A stretch of 63,470 nucleotides of DNA, filler included, from Intoshia linei (Eukaryota > Animalia > Orthonectida), in the NCBI GenBank assembly GCA_001642005.1. It is 4 parts of 4 records of this genome, joined end to end, with 100 filler letters (N's around TTAATTAATTAA, not from the genome) between each part and the next. Parts side by side here need not be neighbours in the genome. Positions count along the whole stretch, not along the records: positions 53,365 to 59,100 come from LWCA01001750.1; positions 59,201 to 63,470 come from LWCA01001959.1; 2 more parts are not named here. One strand, given 5' to 3'. The position numbers were made by a program, and so were the translations under genes. Below the pieces are notes generated by a model. That model ran no database searches. It saw only the letters and a program-made list of their open reading frames with translations, and had not been told where the DNA came from. Below, piece by piece: positions 53,365 to 63,470 of this stretch (position 1 is the stretch's first letter; every line of letters starts with the position of its first letter).

Positions 53365-53659
53365 AAAAAAATAAATCATACAGGACAATATATATTTATT
53401 TAATTGATAGTATCCAATCTTAATTTTTGATGTTATTCGCACATTTATGTTTGTATCGATTTTCCTTTTTTAATATCAGCTTTATTATTTTTGGTATCAT
53501 CTTGTACAACAATAGTATTTTCTTTATCAGCTGAGGATGCAACTTCCTGTTCGACATCACTTTTTGGAGGTACTTCATTTGTATCAAAACCTTTACTAGA
53601 AATATCATACTGGTTTCGTTTTTTTTTGAATCCAAAATTCTTTTTTGATTATTTAATTT

Positions 53660-54092
53660 ACTTACTTAATTTTTTGAAATTTTAGGGCTGTTTTCAAAAA
53701 AAAGGAAGGGAATTTAGGGTTTTGACTATGAAGGTATAATTTTTTTAAATTTAAATTTATGATAATGTTTATGATTTTAAAATCCGTATCAGCGTATATA
53801 TTTTTTTAAATTCTCGAACTCGTTTGATTTTCAAAAAAAAGACAATTGGGATATGTATTTTTTTAAATTCTTAACTTGTTTAATTTTTAAAAAGAGGAGA
53901 CAACAGGGGTTTTTTACTTTTAAGATGTGAAATTGGGAGGTTTAAATTTATCTTATTATACGCCCGGAAAAAATTGTAATTGAAATGTGGTTTTTAAAAA
54001 ATTCTAAGAGTGCTAGTTATTTCAAAAAAGTAACATACACAGATAGACACACACACAAACAAAAATCGCGTCGCATTTTATATAAGTTAGGA
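53660..54092 (-). mobile_element. Helitron-family copy (5' end at 54092)
   Basis: Minus strand A|TCCTAACTTATATAAAA; colinear with 39790-40154. Confidence 0.7.
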
Positions 54093-54519
54093 TTGTAATT
54101 TTAGTGCCACGAAACTATTAAAATTATAAAATGTGCTTATCCGTCAAAAAGGGTGAGTATCTTCACTGAAATTGAATTCTTTGGATTTTTAATTTCAATT
54201 TCGGATAATTTCGGATACGGTAGGTTCGGCACTGGTAGTTCGCCATAAGTATGTTTGAAGTTGATAATTTTTATAATTACACCATTGAAGCTACCATGTC
54301 AAAATTAATGTAAAATTTTGGATTTAAGGAGGAATATATAATAAAAAAATATATTATCTTAACGACGTATTAATATTATCTTATTAATGACGTGTTCAGG
54401 ATTACGGGGATTTTTTTCAAAAATTAAGTAGTTCCGTATCATGTCTAATTGGACCCAAAATAGAATAATTGAGAAAAAACCTTAAACCTTTAAGAAAATT
54501 ATTCTTTTATGTATTTAGA

Positions 54520-55255
54520 GATGGCATTCACTGTACAAATGAATTAAAAAAATTACATAATAATTTAAATTGTAAATATGAAAATTGGAAAAATATGGTA
54601 AAATAATGAAACTAAATTTTATATAAACATCAATTTTTATAATTTTTAGGACATTTTCGAAAGAAAGTTGTTGGAATGTAAAGATAGGTATTTATATTAA
54701 AGCTTAGTCATCTAATTATAAATTAGTGATTCATTGAAAGAATATAGGGAATATTTGGATAATTCACTAGTAATTTAAATTAATAATAAATAAATAAATT
54801 TAAACATTCAAAAGATGTATCAAGAAAAAGTATTGAATTCTTTAAATGAAAACGGAATAGACATACTAATTAGTCCATCATTTGCATATCCAAGTGGACC
54901 AATATGTGAATATCCAAGTGAAAGTAATATTTTAAAATAAAAAATATAAAACACGAAACCTTCAGGTCCATCTTGGCCATTATTATATGTAACAGGATTA
55001 AATTTCGTTGGAGGTGTTTTACCAGTCACAAACGGTAATGAAAAAGATTATGAAAATCAAAATCAGAAAACCAATTTAAACCCATTCTATTTAAAGGTAA
55101 AAATTTTAAATTTTAAAAAAAATTGATAGGAATGCCCGGATCCAAGAAATTTGCCTTTAACCATTCAAATAATTGGAAAACCTTTCTGCGAAGAAATGGT
55201 TTTGAATATCATGAAGAAAGTTGAAATTTCGGGAAATTATAAAAGAAATTTATAA
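54520..55255 (+). CDS. Amidase-signature (FAAH-like) gene, 3' exons
   Basis: IDILISPSF, LNFVGGVLPVT (cf. LDFPAGVVPVT), LPLTIQIIGKPFCEEMVLNIMKKVE. Confidence 0.7.
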
Positions 55256-56125
55256 TTAATATAATCATCTGTACAACTTTGAACAGACAAAATAAACATT
55301 TTCGTTATTTGGTGTTTGTGGTTTAATTACATATGTAGTTTCTTGATCAAATTTTTTTTTTCTCAAAAAAATGTATTGACTATTACATCGGTTCCATATT
55401 CCGTATTCGTAATATATAGTTAAATGTTTTTCTATTTTTGCAATTTTTGTTACAGCTTGTTTTACGTTCTAAAATACAATTGTAAAAATTGTATTTTCGT
55501 TATATTCTATATTAATTTCTAATATATTAGTCTACAAATACCAATTTTTTGTCAAATTTATCTAGCATACTGACATCTCTAATTTGGTTTCTTCTTCGTC
55601 TATAATTGATAAAATTTTTACTATAGTTCATTCCCATCCAGGTATTTCACATTTCAAATTAATTTGTTGACGTTGTTATATAGATAATTCAAAATATAAT
55701 ATGAATATTTCACAAATGTGAACTAATTAAAACTAAAACTAGAACAATAAATTATACATTTTCAAAAATGAATTAAACCAATTTCTGACCTACACGCATA
55801 TGTGGATCTTAACAAAAAAATTGGACTCTATATGAACTGAAAATTAATAAAATAAAATAAAATGCACATTTAGAATGAGTATTTAACTTACCATAAAAGG
55901 TGCATTATATTGTTAAACATTTGTTTCATAAACAATGCCATTTGATTTATTAATTTAGTTACTATTATTTTATATGCGGCTTTTTCATAATTATTTGTAT
56001 ACAAATGAATAAATTTTATGTAATTAACATACTCAAATTGCTAATCAAACATTGATATTTTTAATGTATATTGAACAGTATTTATTAATTTACGTCATTT
56101 TAATATTAAATGCAATAAAATAATT

Positions 56126-58013
56126 ATGTCTGAGAAAAATTTACCAAATTCAACTTCAAGTGAGTTAAATTTTGAAATTGATAATTTTCAAAACAAATTG
56201 ATTGCCTTTGAATATTATATAACAAGAATTACTCTGAAGAAAAAAGATGTTACCAGTGAAGAAAGGCGAAAACATATTAATGGTTTATATTATTTTCATC
56301 GTATTTAATTATTTTAGATAACATTCAATTTAATCGATATTTTAAAGAAATTATTAATATTTTTGATTATGAATTTACAAAATCAGATGTAAAATATGTC
56401 TATGAAAAAATGAAAATCAATCCTGATGCCGCAATTGAATGGCCAGATGTATTTTAATATTTTTTTTATAATTTTATAAAATTCATTACATTTTAGTTAT
56501 TTGGATATCGTCGAAATGATAAAGATAAAAATGCAACAACTCAAAACAGTGTTTTCTCATTATCATCTAGAAAACGTGTTTATGATGTTTTTAGTAATTT
56601 TAAATTTTAAATGTGTAAATGTAATAAAATAATTTTATAATTATAGTAATTACTGTATTTAAATACTAACATTAAAATTAATTACATTATAATATTGTAA
56701 ATTACCTGCTTTAAGACTGCCAAAAGATATACTAATGATTTTAAATATATATTAAAATTTAAATTTGAAATTAATAAATGAATGCTGAATATTACCTGTA
56801 AATTAAAATATTCAAAATTGCGGTAAAAATATTTAATGTTAATTTGGTAATAAAATAATTACATTTTTTAAAGATGTAAACTAAATAAATAATATTATTA
56901 CATTTTTAATACTAAAATAAGCTTAAAATTTCTCAACATTTAAATTTTTTGTTAAATTACCAATTTATTTGATTTAATGTACGTGCAAAACAATTTAAAA
57001 TTTATTTATTTGCACCAATTTTAATAATTATCAAACAGGTAATATTGAATGAATGAAAAATTATATTATCGCTTTTATGATTAATTTAAATTGAAAATAG
57101 GCCAAATTTAAACGCTGTAAATACACTTTAATTGATTGTTTAATCACAGCGTATTTCAATTGTAATTATTAATAATATTAATAATATCAATTATAATTAT
57201 AATAAAATATTTAGAAGGAAATAAGAAATACAGAGATGTCATTGTATGTATGAAGTATATTGAATGCCTAGATTGTTTTTTTACTGTTACAAGAAAAGGT
57301 AGCATCATCCAATGGACCAATAATTTAAGAATTTCTGCCAGTATTGATATTGACGAGTCAATATGGTTCACATCATGCAATTACTCACTATTTCTAAAAA
57401 GATTACTTTTGACTGGCGATCGTACAATACTTTTTTGGGATAATAGAGCAAATGTGAGTTCGTCCAGTACTTTAATATTGAAAATACCATATTCATCTCC
57501 ATTGTGTATAATATGTTTCAATGAAAAATCAAACCATCTCGAAAGTATCATCCTTTTTGGAGACGATGAAGGTTACTTTAATGTGATGCAAGTCTCTCTT
57601 CATGATTTATCGCATAAAAATCAACACAAGATCAAAAAAAGCAATAAAATCAGTTATATGGACGTATCTAAACTTCAAAGGTAATCTCAAGTTGAGATTA
57701 ACAACTTTAATCTCAACCTCATGTATCTCGCGAGACCTATGATTAACTAATCATTTCACGAACCTCCCTATTACGGATAACTACGAGATTTCACTTATTT
57801 TAAATGTAATGTCGAAATTATATTGAGTATTCAATATCTTGGAATTATTGAGATTACTGTATCCTCAAAATTTTTAAAACCGATTCCTAATCAAACGATC
57901 ATTCTAGGTCCCGAGTTGTGACCGATAGTTTCAGTGCGCTGGTTTAGAAGGATTTTTATTTTTAATTTAGACCAATTGTGAAATATAAATTACATAGTAA
58001 TTGGATTAATGAT
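56126..58013 (+). CDS. WDR64: WD repeat-containing protein 64, 5' exons (truncated by contig end)
   Basis: DVKYVYEKM..NPDAAIEWPDLFGY; RDVIVCM...TVTRKG; WFTSCNY..LKR...DRTILFWD; ILFGDDEGY; KLHSNWI. Confidence 0.8.
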
Positions 58014-59100
58014 GTAATTTTATTATTTACTATCATTTATTTAGTATTCTGTCTCTAATTTTGCAATTCTTGGACGTTTTAATAGTGGAAAATTAGAGAA
58101 GTAGTTTTGTGAAGCAATGATATTAAAAAAATTGAATGGTGGTATTTTCATAATTATATTGTAAAAAGGTATTAAAATTATATTTGAGAGATATCACATC
58201 CTTTTTCATAGCTTGGTATATTGTTTTAATAAAATAAAATGTATGGAAAATTAGAAAAGTGGTAAATTGCAAAAAATGGAAATTAGAGAGAGAATACTGT
58301 ATATATACATTAGGGCTATTCCATTTTTCTAATATAAAAATGACATATATAGGCAATGATCACCGCTTAATTTGCTACAGAATGATATTAATATTTTTAA
58401 TTTTTATCAAAAAAAACCCCGCGTCTTAAAGTTTAAAGTTTTCATTTTATGATTTCTCAGTTAGTTTTTAAGTTTGTTAATAAAAAATTTAATAATCCGT
58501 TGTCGTATTAATAAATTTAAATATTACCAATTTTCAATTTATCTGAATTTATAAAACTTTTAAAAATGTCGAATATTGAAATGATTTCATCATTCGAAAG
58601 TTTACAAGAAATGTCCGAAATATTTTCATATTTTGTTGAATCAAACGGTATAATAATGACCATTGAACCATTGATCATTTTCGACATTAATTAATGTTAG
58701 TAAATTAAATATTAAAGTTGTTAATATATGTTCAAAAACTATAAACAAATGTTATTCATATATGTTTAGTTAAATTCAATTTAATTTAAATTTGTACCAA
58801 TTTTGTATGTAAAACTGTATTTATACATTAGAGTGTCCCACTTTGTTTTTATAGAAAAAGTATACCCCGGCAATGTTTCTCATTTACCTCAAGGGTATTA
58901 TATATAAATTTCTAAATCATAATATCAAGGTTTGGTCAGGCGCGGACTGAATGAAATTTTAATAATAATTCAGAATGAACTTAAAGTTATTTATGAATAT
59001 TACCTGAATTACTTTTCACGCTTTTTATAAAATAAATATTACTAAACGTATCAAAATAAATTTAGATTAAATAAATAATTTACAAAATCACATATCGAAC

Positions 59101-59200
59101 NNNNNNNNNNNNNNNNNNNNNNNNNNNNNNNNNNNNNNNNNNNNTTAATTAATTAANNNNNNNNNNNNNNNNNNNNNNNNNNNNNNNNNNNNNNNNNNNN
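59101..59200. other. Artificial contig linker
   Basis: 44N-TTAATTAATTAA-44N. Confidence 0.95.
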
Positions 59201-60032
59201 TACAAAAAAATCCATGTTTCGTTTAGTTATTTGTCTTATCAGTATACATCAATAATATAATTATATTAAATATTATAACTAAATAAGTGAACATAGATAA
59301 ATATAATGTTTTAACAATATGGATAAAAGGTAAAATTATTAATTTAACTGTAAAAATAAAGCTATTATTATTACATATAGCTTCATTATAAGGGAAACTT
59401 TAAATGCTCACCGCGAATTAAATATTAATTATTTTTATAAAATTTAAGCGGCATTCTTTAAATCAAATGCTTTTAATTTATATTTATGCTACACGTTTCA
59501 ATTTAAAAAAAATTGACATCCTAGTGTGTATGTTATTCTGTTATTTTTTGTGATTGTTTACATTTAATTTACATTAACATTTACAGCTTTAGTATTTACT
59601 CGATATATTTTGTACTAAATGTTTAACTACACATTTCAATTTAAAATTATCAAACATTGAAAATAGTATTTAATACATGTTACATTAAAAAATAAGGCCT
59701 ACAACATTTTGTATTTTAAGATGCAAATATCTTACATACCCATATAAATGATATTCATATCAGGAAATGTTTGATACAAAGTAAATTTAGTCAAATAAAT
59801 TTAAATTAAACCTACGAAATAATATTCACCAACGCAAAAACCAATTCAACAATTTACAAGGATTACAATTAAAATATAGAATCAAGCAATAGACAATTAC
59901 GACCCAAATTTAAAACACAAATGCAACTGCGCACGTCAATACGCGATAGTAAATGAACATTAATTAAATTAAATAAACGTACATTTTGTCCCTCGACTAT
60001 TTCCAAATTTTGAGAAATACAACACGACGAAA

Positions 60033-60926
<894 letters not shown>

Positions 60927-60952
60927 AAAATATGAATACAATAGTTTAGTTT

Positions 60953-62683
60953 TCACATTTGGTCGTAAATTAAATTGGATGATATGTCTTGAATTTTTGA
61001 AACTGATTTTAGAGATCTGTTTTGTCTCAAATAATCGTCTTTGAAAAGGGTTTTAACGTCTGCACGGTAATCTTTATCGTATACGAGACATCGTCTAATA
61101 AATGCCTAAAATAAATTGATAAATATGTAATATTTATAAAGTTATTACCTTTGCTTCGTTCGAAATGACTGGTTTGTTGGGAAAATCAACGGCTTTGGCT
61201 TTTAAAATTACGTTTTGTTCTAATATGTCATTTTGAGACATGTAGTGTCCAAATGGCTAGATTATGTTTATTTAGTATGATAAATAAATATAATTTGAAG
61301 TTTTACACAAATTTAACACTTTCGTTGGATTACTTAAATAAGTTACATTGAAAACAATACAAAAACAAAACAATAAATATTGCAATACAAACTTTTTGAT
61401 GATATGATTTATAATGGGAGTAGATTAAACCATTTCTTCACCTTAAAAACCTTTTTTAGATGAATCTTAATTTTGTCATTGAAATTAAAAATATATGTTG
61501 GACCACTCATGAAATTGTTTAAATCTGTATTGTAAGCTGCCATGTATATTTTACCAATTAAAATACTGACCAGAATCATAAATAATTATAATTGCCGTAT
61601 ATCAGGGGTAGGCAACCTTTTGCATCTCGGGACACTTTTTTTATATCAAAAAATTATATGGGCCCTGTTTTTGAAAATTTAGATAATAGATTTTCATTTT
61701 AACTGAAAAGAAACGTTTCTAGTATATTCAACAAAATAAAATCTGGGACGATCTGAAAATTCAGTATTAAAATGATTATAATGAGTTAATTATAGTAGAA
61801 AATATTTAAAACTACTTTAAAGTTGAAAAATAAATAATTTACATATTTACTCAAAGGGTTATACAAATTATTCTGTAGGTCACTGGTTGCCGATCCGGCC
61901 GTATATATACATATATATAACATTGCTATTAATATAAACTAAAACAAACCTTTTTTCCAATAAGACATTGATAGTAAATTACACCTACAGACCACACGTC
62001 TACTTTAGAACTAATTTTGGGTGGATTTTTACCAAACATGAAACATTCCGGAGGTAAATACCAATACGTGCCAGCACCTTGTGATGTTAATTCTATACTG
62101 TGATCCCTGTGATCATTATCATTTGTCATTATTTTGCTTAAGCCAAAGTCTGTTATTTTAATTTCTCCACTTGCTCTACCATTACACAAGAGAATATTTC
62201 CTAAAATGGTAATGACATAATTTAAAGGGTCTATAATTATATAATTTATTACAATATAATCAGGGTCGTTAAGAGTCGGAAATATACAATATTCGATATT
62301 TATATAATTGTTTAATATAGTCATTCTCTACATGGTGTCTGTCAAACCCTAGCGGTCTACAGAACATTTTTGGTGCCCTGAAAAATTTAAATCTTGAAAA
62401 AAAATTAAATTTTTGACATTTATACAATTTACAAAAATAAATGTCCATTTTTATCTAATTGGTCGGAATAATCCGATAATACCATACAAAACAAAAACTA
62501 ACAATATAATTACCAGGTTTGAGATCATAGTGAATTACTGGAGGCGTTAGGCCACTTAAATATTTTAACGCACTAATGACTTGAATAATTATAGATCTTC
62601 CTTCTTTTTCGCTACATGTTTTGTTTTGTTTTAAATAGAAATCCAAGTCATGGCCATCGCAATACTCCAATATAGTACAAAAG
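60953..62683 (-). CDS. TLK: Tousled-like kinase, 3' exons
   Basis: [76 protein letters not shown]. Confidence 0.95.
61603..61898. mobile_element. hAT-type MITE in a TLK intron
   Basis: CAGGGGTAGGCAACC...GGTTGCCGATCCGG; perfect 8-bp TSD CCGTATAT. Confidence 0.85.
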
Positions 62684-63470
62684 CTAAATTTTACATAATA
62701 TATATGACATATTTAATTTTGTAAAAATATACTACACGAATAATATAAAACATTTATACACATTAAGGTGTCACACCCATCAAAGAATTAAGGGCGATTA
62801 GTGCGGAAATGGTGTATTATCATGATATATAAAATAATCTAAAACGAGGTGTTGCAAGGATGCCGATTCGAGTTGCGCTCAAGAAAAAACTAAACAAAAA
62901 TTTTAATTTATTCATCCAAATTTTTATAATCTTTAAAATGACAAGAATTTGGATTTATTTGTTGTAACATTTATGGACTTTACTTTTAATGAACATATAT
63001 TACCTACTATAAACGATGTCATATGCCGTATATTGGCATTGAAATTTTAACATAATACATATAATTATCGTAAAATTGCATATGAAATATTCTGTATATA
63101 CAACAAAACGGGATTAAATATCGTATCTGCGCCACGTATAACTGTTAAGTTAAAGGATACATTCAAAAAATATCGAACAGTAATAAGATGTCCTAACTCA
63201 AACACGGCGATAGATTTTAAAGTTGAATTAACTACTTTGTTTCCTGTATATAATTATAACTATCCGTTTTATATATGTTTAGGTTGCGAAATCGAATCAA
63301 AGTAGATCCCTCTAACAAGATATCGATTTTCTACAATGTCAAAGATATGGAGAGGGCTATATGAGACATGAAAAAGTCAACGATAATCCATATAAAAATG
63401 AAATCTTAAATAAAAATGTATTAAGACCAGAAATTATTTACAAAAATGTTAATAAAAAAAATGTGATAGA

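Noticed and set aside
55320-55331. GGTTTAATTAC matching the start of nematode SL1
   Set aside because: Only 11 nt in AT-rich DNA; no donor/Sm-site architecture
59738-59940. CArG-like CCATATAAAT and CRE half-site upstream of EGR
   Set aside because: CArG lacks the terminal GG; a half-site is expected by chance

Overview
Very AT-rich, compact eukaryotic (metazoan) DNA with tiny (~30-45 nt) spliceosomal introns mixed with a few kb-sized, transposon-filled introns. The style fits an orthonectid such as Intoshia (inference only). Three identical 100-nt spacers (44N-TTAATTAATTAA-44N) are artificial six-frame-stop linkers, so the window is probably four concatenated contigs (1-24251, 24352-53264, 53365-59100, 59201-63470) with genes truncated at the joins. 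Recognisable genes: KLHDC9, Caprin, SAR1, ERH, SMYD (exon 1), DDX24-like (3' part), TPRA1, GALK2, PDHA1, COG5, UCKL1-like, RPS20, FAAH-like amidase (3' part), WDR64 (5' part), EGR zinc finger and TLK (3' part), plus orphans. There are many DNA-transposon relics and MITEs with intact TSDs (hAT, Tc1, pogo, piggyBac, MULE) and a non-autonomous Helitron family. The most striking item is a ~0.9 kb degraded endogenous rhabdovirus-like L-polymerase (RdRp) fragment at 4513-5405. It lies in a cluster of co-oriented transposon relics next to an integrase remnant. Several convergent gene pairs have stop codons only ~10-26 nt apart. Gene models were spliced by eye, so exon boundaries are approximate.
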